From Myxococcota bacterium (GTDB taxonomy: Bacteria; Myxococcota_A; UBA9160; UBA4427): a stretch of DNA of 64,000 bases. A program made the position numbers and the translations under genes. Within the stretch, counting starts at the first letter, position 1; each line of letters begins with the position of its first letter. Below are positions 9,290 to 18,000 of this stretch, piece after piece. The notes under the pieces were generated by a model, which saw nothing but the letters and a program-made list of their open reading frames with translations, was not told the origin of the DNA and did not search any database. The stretch is taken from contig JASMLK010000137.1 in assembly GCA_030748735.1 (NCBI GenBank), positions 399-64,398 of the forward strand. Direction: 5' to 3'.

Positions 9290-10300
9290 TTGAGTCTTCA
9301 ACTCCACGCGGTTGGTCACTACCACCCGTCCAACGAGATCACCAACGCGTTTCTCGAGTCGCTCGACATCGAGACGAGCGATGAGTGGATCATGGATCGG
9401 GTGGGCATTCGTTCGCGCCGCACGGGTCTGCCGCTCGACTACATCGTGCAGACGAAGAATCGCGATCCGCGTGAAGGGATCGAGATTGCCGAAGTGTCGA
9501 ACGCCGAGATGGGCGCGAAAGCGGCCGAAATGGCGCTCGAACGGGCCGGTATCGAGGCAAGCCAGATCGGCATGGTGATCGGCGGCGGTTGTGCGCCCGA
9601 CTATGCGATCCCCGCGGAAGGCGCGCGCGTGGCCGACCTGCTCGGCATCGAAGCACCCGCGTTCGACATCGCTTCCGCGTGCACGAGCTACTTCGCCTCG
9701 GTGCGGACGCTTTCGATGATGGACGCCGCACAGCTTCCGGACTTCATCCTGGTCGTCGTGGCCGAAGCCATGACACGCACGATCGACTACACGGATCGCA
9801 ACTCGGCAGTGCTCTGGGGAGATGGCGCTGCTGCGGCCGTCTTCTCGACCCGCATCCCGGGTGCTGCAACGATCATGGGTAGCGACCTCGCTTCGAATCC
9901 AGCGGGGCAGGGCAAGGTCGTGATTCCGCGACTCGGCTTCTTCGAACAAGAAGGTCGCACGGTGCAGATGTTCGCGATCAAGAAGACGATCGCGGGTTAT
10001 CGCGCTCTCGAAGAGGAACACGGGGAAGACGCCCGACGTCTCAACTTCGTCGGCCACCAGGCGAACCTCCGCATGCTCGAAAACGTTTGCGGCAAGTGCG
10101 ACATTTCCGACGACCGTCATCACTTCAACGTGGACTGGTACGGCAACACCGGAGCTGCGAGCGGGGTTTCGGTCGTGTCGCAGAACTGGGAGAAGTGGAA
10201 ACCCGACGACGACATCGCCTGTGTGGGCGTTGGGTCGGGTCTTACCTGGGGACGATATCTGCTGCGCATGAATGCGGCGCCGGCAGGGGGCGGAGCGTGA
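9290..10300 (+). CDS. fabH: 3-oxoacyl-ACP synthase III (KAS III)
   Basis: TTG start. Cys-His-Asn triad contexts are present: DIASACTSY, FVGHQANLRML, YGNTGAAS. Confidence 0.85.
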   Translation: MSLQLHAVGHYHPSNEITNAFLESLDIETSDEWIMDRVGIRSRRTGLPLDYIVQTKNRDPREGIEIAEVSNAEMGAKAAEMALERAGIEASQIGMVIGGGCAPDYAIPAEGARVADLLGIEAPAFDIASACTSYFASVRTLSMMDAAQLPDFILVVVAEAMTRTIDYTDRNSAVLWGDGAAAAVFSTRIPGAATIMGSDLASNPAGQGKVVIPRLGFFEQEGRTVQMFAIKKTIAGYRALEEEHGEDARRLNFVGHQANLRMLENVCGKCDISDDRHHFNVDWYGNTGAASGVSVVSQNWEKWKPDDDIACVGVGSGLTWGRYLLRMNAAPAGGGA

Positions 10301-10899
10301 CGAGTCAACTGACCTACGACGAATTTCGCGGGCGCGATCACTTCGAGCGCGACGAGCTATTGGCCTTTGCTTATGGACGCCTCGTGAAGGACCCGCCCGA
10401 ATCGTTTCGCGCGCGGCTCCCCACCCCGCCGATGATGATGTTCCACCGCGTGACCGCGATCGAAGCCAACAAGGCGCGCGGTCGCATCGTTGCCGAAGCC
10501 GACGTCGGTCTCGACGATTGGTTCTTTCATTGCCACTTCAATGGCGACCCCGTGCAACCCGGTTGCCTCGGCCTCGACGCCGTATGGCAATTGCTCGGCT
10601 TCTACTGCGTGTGGCGTGGCGGCCCGGGCACCGGCCGTGCGTTGGGGGTCGGCGAAGTCGACTTCATGGGCCAGATCCGCCCCCACGACAAGCTCGTGCG
10701 CTACGAGATCGATGTGCGGCGCTACACCGAACTCGAAACCCAGGGCGCTTCGATGGTGGTCGGCAACGCGACGGTCCTCGTCGACGACCAGGAGATCTAC
10801 CGCATCGAAAAAGCGCGAGTGGGCACCTTCACCGGAATCGCGTATTCCGACTATCCCCTGGCGTCCGAGAACGCGCACGGCGGGAGGAACCAAGAATGA
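10297..10899 (+). CDS. fabA: 3-hydroxyacyl-ACP dehydratase / trans-2-decenoyl-ACP isomerase
   Basis: FabA signature FFHCHFNGDPVQPGCLGLDAVWQLLGFY. GTG 10297 overlaps the fabH stop (GTGA). Confidence 0.9.
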   Translation: MTSQLTYDEFRGRDHFERDELLAFAYGRLVKDPPESFRARLPTPPMMMFHRVTAIEANKARGRIVAEADVGLDDWFFHCHFNGDPVQPGCLGLDAVWQLLGFYCVWRGGPGTGRALGVGEVDFMGQIRPHDKLVRYEIDVRRYTELETQGASMVVGNATVLVDDQEIYRIEKARVGTFTGIAYSDYPLASENAHGGRNQE

Positions 10900-11624
10900 G
10901 CGAAACCCCCGTGGCACTCGTAACGGGTGGTGGGACTGGTATCGGTGCGGCGTGCTGTCGACGTCTCGCGGCCGAAGGCTTTCGTGTTGGCGTCCACTAT
11001 CGCTCGAGCGAGGAGAAGGCGAAGAAGCTCATCGCCGAATTGCCCGACGGCTTCGGTGTGCGGGCGGATCTCTCGGATTCCGAATCGATCGACGCGATGG
11101 TGAAGGAATTGAAGGAAGTCGCAGGCCGCGTAGACACCCTGGTGAACAACGCCGGCTACAACGTCAACGCACCCATGCTGACGATGAGCCTCGACCAATA
11201 CGATTCAGTGGCGTCGGTGGCGCGCGGTACCTGGTACCTGTCGAAGATGATCTTGCGTCGTTTCATGATGCGCAAGGGTACGGGCCGCATCGTGAACATC
11301 TCGAGCGTCGTGGGTCACACCGGGAACCCCGGCCAGGTGCCCTACACGATGGTCAAGGCGGGCCTCGACGCCTTCACGAAGTCGCTCGCGCAAGAACTCG
11401 CGGGCCGCGAGATTCTCGTGAACTCGGTCGCCCCCGGTTTCATCGATACCGACATGACGGAAGAGCTGCCCGAGGAAGTCAAAGAGCAGATCCTGTCCCG
11501 CATCCCGCAAGGTCGCATGGGGAGTGCGGACGAAGTGGCCGACGTCGTGGCGTATCTCGCAACGCGGGCCAGCTACGTCAACGGCACCGTCGTGCATGTG
11601 AATGGAGGAATGTACGGTGGGTGA
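10896..11624 (+). CDS. fabG: SDR-family 3-oxoacyl-ACP reductase
   Basis: TGGGTGIG cofactor motif, NNAG, and the YxxxK context (PYTMVKAG). ATG 10896 overlaps the fabA stop (ATGA) and follows GGGAGGAA. Confidence 0.85.
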   Translation: MSETPVALVTGGGTGIGAACCRRLAAEGFRVGVHYRSSEEKAKKLIAELPDGFGVRADLSDSESIDAMVKELKEVAGRVDTLVNNAGYNVNAPMLTMSLDQYDSVASVARGTWYLSKMILRRFMMRKGTGRIVNISSVVGHTGNPGQVPYTMVKAGLDAFTKSLAQELAGREILVNSVAPGFIDTDMTEELPEEVKEQILSRIPQGRMGSADEVADVVAYLATRASYVNGTVVHVNGGMYGG

Positions 11625-12075
11625 TCTGCTGAGCCGCGAAGACGTGCTCGCCCGGGTTCCCCAACAGGAGCCCTTCCGCTTCATCGACGAGATCGTCGAA
11701 CTCGACGTCGATCACATCGTGGCGCGCTACACGTTTCGCGAAGACCAGGACTTCTACCGCGGCCACTTTCCCGGCAACCCCGTGACGCCCGGTGTGATCT
11801 TGATCGAGACGATGGCCCAGGCGGGCGTCGTGGCGTACGGCATCTATCTCTATGCCGCCGAGACCTCGGCCGAAGAGGTGGAGAAACTCGTTACGGTTTT
11901 CACCGACGCGCAGGTCGACTTTTCCGGCATGGTCAAGCCGGGCGATCGCGTCACGACCACCGCACGCAAGGTCTTCTTTCGCCGCAAGAAGCTTCGCTGC
12001 GAACTGGAAATGACGCTCGATGACGGAACAGTCGTGTGTTCGGGAGTGTTGTCGGGCATGGGAGTTCCACGATGA
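11617..12075 (+). CDS. FabZ-like hot-dog 3-hydroxyacyl-ACP dehydratase
   Basis: Motif FYRGHFPGNPVTPGVILIETMAQ. GTG 11617 lies 7 nt after GGAGGA. An alternative ATG is at 11602. Either start overlaps the fabG 3' end. Confidence 0.8.
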   Translation: MGDLLSREDVLARVPQQEPFRFIDEIVELDVDHIVARYTFREDQDFYRGHFPGNPVTPGVILIETMAQAGVVAYGIYLYAAETSAEEVEKLVTVFTDAQVDFSGMVKPGDRVTTTARKVFFRRKKLRCELEMTLDDGTVVCSGVLSGMGVPR

Positions 12076-13343
12076 GACGAGTCGTCATTACAGGGCTCGG
12101 TGTGATCGCACCGAACGGCAACGGGATCAGCGCCTTCGAAGCCGCGCTGCGCAAGGGACAGTCGGGTCTCCGTTATCAGGCCGTGATGGAAGATTCGAAG
12201 TTCGGTTGCCGTGTGGCGGGCACGCCCGAAGGTGTCGACGAACTCGCCGAAGCGACCTTTCGCGAAGACGAACTGCTCGCGATGAACATGAGCCACCGCT
12301 ACGCGAGCCTCGCGGCCGTCGAAGCGTGGCGCACGGCGGGTTTCGAAGTGCCGGAACTCGACAGCGGTGTCGATTGGGACACCGGCGCGATTCTCGGCAC
12401 CGGGATCGGGGGCATGGATACGACGGCCGAGAAGGTCGTTCCGCTCACGGACCAGAAGAAGATTCGGCGCCTCGGCTCGACCGCGGTCGAGCAGGTGATG
12501 GCCAGCGGCATCTCGGCACGCGTCTCGGGTCAGTTGGCATTGGGCAACCAGGTCACGACGAATTCGAGTGCATGTAGTACCGGGACCGAAGCGATTTCGA
12601 TGGGTGTCGAGCGCATTCGCGCCGGGCTCGCCGAACGGATGATCTGCGGTGGAGCCGAAGCGGCCAGCCACTACATCTGGGCCGGCTTCGATGCGATGCG
12701 CGTTCTGTGCCGCAACTTCAACGACGAACCCGAAAAGGCATCACGCCCGATGAGCGCTTCTGCGGGCGGCTTCATCCCGGGCTCGGGCGCTGGCATGTTG
12801 CTGCTCGAAAGCCTCGAAAGCGCCGAAGCGCGCGGTGCCACGATCCACGCCGAAGTGCTCGGCACGGCACTCAACTGCGGCGGACATCGCACCGGCGGAA
12901 GCATGACGGCGCCGAACCCCGAAAGCGTCGGGCGCTGCATTCAATCGGCACTCGCCGACGCAAAGATCGACGGTTCGCAGGTCGACGCCATCAACGGTCA
13001 CCTGACCGCAACGGGCGCAGATCCCAAGGAAATCGGTTCCTGGTCGCGCGGACTCGATCGCGCACCCGACGACTTCCCGGTCATCACGGCGACGAAATCG
13101 CTGGTGGGGCATGCGCTCGGCGCGGCCGGCGGGATCGAGTCGGTGGCTTCGGTCTTGATGCTGAAGGGCGGCTTCGTTCAGCCCGCCATCAACTGCGAAG
13201 ACGTACACGAAGAGATCCAGCCGTTCGCCGGGTCGATCCCTCACGAGGGGGGCGACATGCCGGACATGAAGATTCTCGCGAAGGCGAGCTTCGGCTTCGG
13301 GGACGTGAACGCCTGCGCGATCTTCAAGAAGTGGGATTCATAG
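12072..13343 (+). CDS. 3-oxoacyl-ACP synthase I/II (FabB/FabF type)
   Basis: Active-site Cys in NSSACSTG, and two His contexts (INGHLTATGADP, KSLVGHALGAAGG). ATG 12072 overlaps the preceding stop (ATGA). Confidence 0.9.
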   Translation: MRRVVITGLGVIAPNGNGISAFEAALRKGQSGLRYQAVMEDSKFGCRVAGTPEGVDELAEATFREDELLAMNMSHRYASLAAVEAWRTAGFEVPELDSGVDWDTGAILGTGIGGMDTTAEKVVPLTDQKKIRRLGSTAVEQVMASGISARVSGQLALGNQVTTNSSACSTGTEAISMGVERIRAGLAERMICGGAEAASHYIWAGFDAMRVLCRNFNDEPEKASRPMSASAGGFIPGSGAGMLLLESLESAEARGATIHAEVLGTALNCGGHRTGGSMTAPNPESVGRCIQSALADAKIDGSQVDAINGHLTATGADPKEIGSWSRGLDRAPDDFPVITATKSLVGHALGAAGGIESVASVLMLKGGFVQPAINCEDVHEEIQPFAGSIPHEGGDMPDMKILAKASFGFGDVNACAIFKKWDS

Positions 13344-13383
13344 CTACAACATTTTGAAGAACGTTCTGCAAAAGGGAGGAATC

Positions 13384-13632
13384 ATGGAACAGTCGGAAGT
13401 GATGGAAGGTGTCGTGAAGATCCTGACGCCGTGGGTCAAGAACGAAGACGCACTCGCGTCGGTCTCGATGGAGACGAACATCCTCGAAGATCTCAAGGTC
13501 AACTCGGCACGTCTGGTAGACGTCGTCATCGCGTTCGAAGATGAATTCGACATCGAGATCGCAGACGAAGACGTCGATTCGGTGAACACGGTTGGCGACG
13601 CGGTCACCCTGATCGCCGCGAAGCTCGGCTGA
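13384..13632 (+). CDS. acyl carrier protein (non-canonical NS instead of DS at the phosphopantetheine site)
   Basis: 82 aa, acidic. Motif LEDLKVNSARLVDVVIAFEDEFDIEI. ATG follows AGGGAGGAA. Confidence 0.85.
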   Translation: MEQSEVMEGVVKILTPWVKNEDALASVSMETNILEDLKVNSARLVDVVIAFEDEFDIEIADEDVDSVNTVGDAVTLIAAKLG

Positions 13633-13669
13633 TCGCAGCCCATCATCGCCAGGGTCGTTGGAGGCTCGC

Positions 13670-14434
13670 GTGAGCAAGGCGGCACCAGCAGGACTTTCCC
13701 GTCGCATGCGTTTCAAGCATGTGTTCCAGCGCGAGGTCGGTCGCTTGATCGTTCCGTTCTGGGTCGGTCCGATCGTCTTCTTCTTGCGTTTCGTGCTCGG
13801 CTATCGCATCGAGAACGCGGCCGAGCTGAGGGCGCGGTACCGGGCGCTGCGCGAGGAGAGCGACGCGCCCCTGCTGATCTGCCCCAACCACCTCACCCTG
13901 ATCGATTCGTTGATCGTCGCCTGGGCGTTGGCGCCGTGGTGGTACTACACGCTCCACTACGACGCGCTCCCGTGGAACACACCCGAACGCAAGAATTTCG
14001 GGCGCACAGCGGTGACGAGGTCTCTCATCTTCGTTGCGAAGTGCATCGCGATATCGCGCGGTGGAGAGCGATCCGAGGTGGGGCAGGTGTTGTCTCGCGT
14101 CACCCACCTGCTGACCCACGGTGAAGTCGCAATGGTGTTCCCCGAAGGCACGCGAAGCCGCACTGGCCGCGTGACGGGAGAATCGATCGCGTGGGGGGTC
14201 GGGCGCATCATCAGTTCGACGTCGGGCTGTCGCGTTCTGTGTGTGTACGCGCGCGGCGACACGCAGGAGAGCTGGGGGAGCATCCCGAACATGGGTGACA
14301 GCTTCCACGTCGAGCTCGACTGCTTCGAGCCCAAGTCCGATGCGAAAGGCGCGCGCCGTTCGCTCGACATCACGAAACAGGTGCTGGGTCGGATCGCGGC
14401 GATGGAAGAGGCCTACTTCGATGGTCGGCAATGA
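13670..14434 (+). CDS. PlsC/LPLAT-family acyltransferase (1-acyl-sn-glycerol-3-phosphate acyltransferase-like)
   Basis: HX4D block (CPNHLTLIDS) and VFPEGTRSRTG block. GTG 13670 lies 5 nt after GGAGG. An alternative TTG is at 13658. Confidence 0.8.
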   Translation: MSKAAPAGLSRRMRFKHVFQREVGRLIVPFWVGPIVFFLRFVLGYRIENAAELRARYRALREESDAPLLICPNHLTLIDSLIVAWALAPWWYYTLHYDALPWNTPERKNFGRTAVTRSLIFVAKCIAISRGGERSEVGQVLSRVTHLLTHGEVAMVFPEGTRSRTGRVTGESIAWGVGRIISSTSGCRVLCVYARGDTQESWGSIPNMGDSFHVELDCFEPKSDAKGARRSLDITKQVLGRIAAMEEAYFDGRQ

Positions 14435-15023
14435 TGTCGTCGACTTGCACGATGTCGACGCCGACATCGCGACCTATCGCGATCGCTTCGACGAGCGGGT
14501 GTTTCGCGACGAAGAGCGCGAGGGGATCGCATGCGACGAACTGGGTCGAAGTACGCGTTGGCAGTACTGGGCCGCCAAAGAGGCCTGTTACAAGGTCGCG
14601 AAACAGGAAGACCCGAGCACCGTCTTTTCCCCCCGAGCCTTCGAGGTCCATTCGGATCTACGCTGGGCCGAAGTCTTCATGCCAGTGCAGCACACGAGTG
14701 GACAGTTCATGGTGATCCTGGAACCCGCTAACGACCGTGTTCACGCGCTTGCGGCCCGAAATACAGGTGACTTCGCGCACGTCGTGCGTGGAGTCGCGCC
14801 CTGTGATCCGCCGGCCCAGGCCGGAAGTGAAGTGAGGAGGCTCGCTCGCGAAGCCGTTGCGAAGCACCTCGACGTGGGCGTCGACCGCGTCGAGATCACG
14901 CGTGACGAGCGGATACCGAAGCTTTGCTTCGACGGCGAACGCCTCGATGCAAGCCTGTCCCTTTCGCATCACGGTCGCTGGGTCGCCTACGCGTGTGACA
15001 TGAAGGGGCTTGCGAATGGCTGA
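14421..15023 (+). CDS. 4'-phosphopantetheinyl transferase
   Basis: GNDVVDL near the N-terminus, WAAKEACYK motif, SLSHHG near the C-terminus. Overlaps the acyltransferase 3' end by 14 nt. Confidence 0.7.
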   Translation: MVGNDVVDLHDVDADIATYRDRFDERVFRDEEREGIACDELGRSTRWQYWAAKEACYKVAKQEDPSTVFSPRAFEVHSDLRWAEVFMPVQHTSGQFMVILEPANDRVHALAARNTGDFAHVVRGVAPCDPPAQAGSEVRRLAREAVAKHLDVGVDRVEITRDERIPKLCFDGERLDASLSLSHHGRWVAYACDMKGLANG

Positions 15024-18000
15024 GATCAAGCGGCTTGCGATCGTGAACCGCGGCGAAGCCGCGATGCGTTGCGTGCGCGCGGTCAAGACCCTGCGCGCCC
15101 ACGAACGAAGCGACCTCGAGGTCGTTGCGCTCTTCACCCAGCCCGATCGCGAAGCGCCCTTCGTTCGCCAGGCCGATCGCGCGATCGAGATTTCCCATCC
15201 AGGCGGCGCCGTTTCGGCGTATCTGGACCACGACGGCGTGCTGGCTGCACTGAAGCAGGTCGAGGCCGACGCGGTCTGGCCCGGCTGGGGCTTCGTCGCC
15301 GAAAGCCCGGACTTCGTCGACCGCCTCGCCGAAGCCGGGATCACCTTCCTCGGCCCCACTGCGGACGCGATGCGTTCGCTGGGAGACAAGATCACCTCGA
15401 AGCTCGCGGCCGAAGAAGCTTCGGTTCCCGTTTCGCCCTGGAGCGGTGGCGAACTCAAGGACGAACACGACGCTCTCGAGCACGCGCGCAGCATCGGCTT
15501 CCCGATCGTCATCAAGGCGACTGCGGGCGGCGGCGGCCGCGGCATCCGCATGATCGATGGCGAAGAGGAACTCGCCGAGGGCTTCCGCTCGGCGGCCGCC
15601 GAAGCCAAGGGCGCGTTCGGTGACGACCGCCTCTTTCTCGAAAAGCGCGTCGAAAACGGACGTCACATCGAGGTGCAGATCGCCGCGGACCTCCACGGCA
15701 ACGTCGTCGCGATCGGTTCGCGCGATTGTTCGGTACAGCGGCGACACCAGAAGGTGCTCGAAGAAGCCCCGCCCCCGGATCTTTCGGCGAGCCTGCGTGG
15801 CGACATCGAAGCGGCGGCGGTTCGCATCGCTTCACACGTCGACTACTCCGGCGTCGGCACCGTCGAATTCCTGCTGCAAGGCGACGCCTTCTACTTCCTC
15901 GAAGTGAACCCGCGCCTGCAGGTCGAGCACGGGATCACGGAAGAGATCACGGGCATCGACCTCGTGCAGCTCCAGGTTCGCATCGCACGCGGGGAGTCGA
16001 TCAAGGGCATCGAAGTGGCGGAACGCGGCGTGGCGATCGAAGCGCGCCTCTGCGCCGAAGACCCCGACCAGGGCTTCCTGCCTTCGCCCGGCAAGATCGT
16101 TCGCTTCGAACCGCCCATGGGCCCACGCGTTCGAATCGATTCGGGCGTGGTCGCGGGCAGTACCGTTCCCCCCGATTTCGATTCCCTGGTCACCAAGTTG
16201 ATTGCGGTCGGCAAGGATCGCGACGACGCGCTCGCGCGTCTCGAGTGCGTCCTCGAAGACCTCGAAGTCGTGATCGAGGGCGGTGCGACGAATCGCGGCT
16301 ACCTGCTCGAAGTGCTCGGGAGCGAGGAATACCGCGGTGGTGCGGTCGACACGGGTTGGCTCGATCGTCGCGAGCGGCAGACTTCTGCGGCGACCGGACC
16401 GCTGGCGCAGGATTCGTTCGTGGCCGCGTCGATCCTCGCCTACCAACGCCGCCGCGCAGCTTCACGGCTCAACTTCTATTCCGACGTTTCGCGTATCGCG
16501 CCGGAACGCATTCCGGCTTCGCGCGGTCAGCAGATCGACGTGAGCTACGAGGGCGAGAGCTATCGGACCACGGTGTACGCCACCGGGGCCTGGCGTTATC
16601 GCGTGCACCTCGACGGTTGCGTGGTCGGCGCATACATGCGCGAAGAAGGTGACAACCGGGCGCGCCTCCAGATCGACGACCGCGTCCGCCGCCTGCTCTA
16701 CGACGCTTCGGACCTCGGGTTGCGCATCGAGATCGACGGCCACCCGTATCGCTATAGCTGGCAGACAGCGGGGCAGGTGCTTTCGGGTACGCCCGCCATG
16801 GTGGTCGCGGTCCACGCGAAGGAAGGCGACACCGTCCAGGCCGGAACCCCGCTCGGCCTCGTCGAAGCGATGAAGATGGAGATCGCCTTCCACGCTCCGG
16901 TGTCGGGTGTCGTGACGGAAGTGCGCGTACGACCCGGACAGCAGGTGAGCGCCGGCGAAGTCCTGCTCGTGATCGATCCCGTGAAGTCCGAAGGGGACGC
17001 GGCCGCGCCGAGCGCACGGCTCGCGCTGCCGGAGCAGGTGGACGCCCTGGCGGTTCTCTTCCAGCCGGATGGAGGCGATCCGCTCGGCACTCCCGACCTG
17101 CTCGCCGCCGATCGCGCGGAACGCCCCGCGCGCCGGGCCGCCATCGACGCCGTGCTCGAGGAAGTGCGCCGTGTCCTGCTCGGCTTCGACGCGAACCCCG
17201 AGCGCAGCGAACGTCTCGTCGCCTTTCTCGAAGCCCCGGTTCCCGAAGGCGTTTCACTCGGCTTCCTCGAACAGCTCTCGCGCATTCGCGACGCGCTTTC
17301 GAGCTTCGTCGACACGGAAGAGTTGTTCATCAACGCGCCGCAGGCTTCGATCTCGGGAGAGGTGGGCCCCTCGAACGCCGCGCGCTTCCGCATGTTCGTA
17401 AGACGCCTTCGCGCGTCGGGCGCGGGCATTGCCGAAGAGTTCCTCGACCTCGTGCGTCGTGCTCTCGCGCACTACGACGTGAAGCAGCTCGAGCCGAGCG
17501 ACGCCCTCGAGCGCGCCGTGCTGCGCTTGTTCGCCTCGCAGGTCGAGAGCGAACTTCGCCTGCGGCTCGTGCTCGCGGTCGTGCATCACCTGACGGCGCT
17601 GGCCGAAGCGGGCATCGAGTTCGACAAGGACGCGAAGCTCTCGGGTACGTTGATCCGAATTACGCGCATGCGGGGCCGGCTCTCGGACACGATTGCGGAC
17701 GCCTCCCAAGAGGCGAACTACGTCTTGTACGAAAAGCGCGAAGTCGACAAGGCCGCCGAACAGCGGTCTCGCGACCTCGAAGCCTGGTTGCGCGAAAGTG
17801 AGAGCAAGCCCACCGAGCCTTCGGCGGGCGTCATGCTCGAAGTGGCCGCCGCGGCCAAGCGCGTCTTCGATCGCGTTGGCAATTGGCTGGCCGCCACCGA
17901 CCCGAGCCTGCGTGAGATCGCACTCGCGGCCCACGTTCAGCGCGTCTACTCGCCCGCCATCCCAGCGGCGCGCAGTTTCATGAAGCGCGACGGCGTTCGG

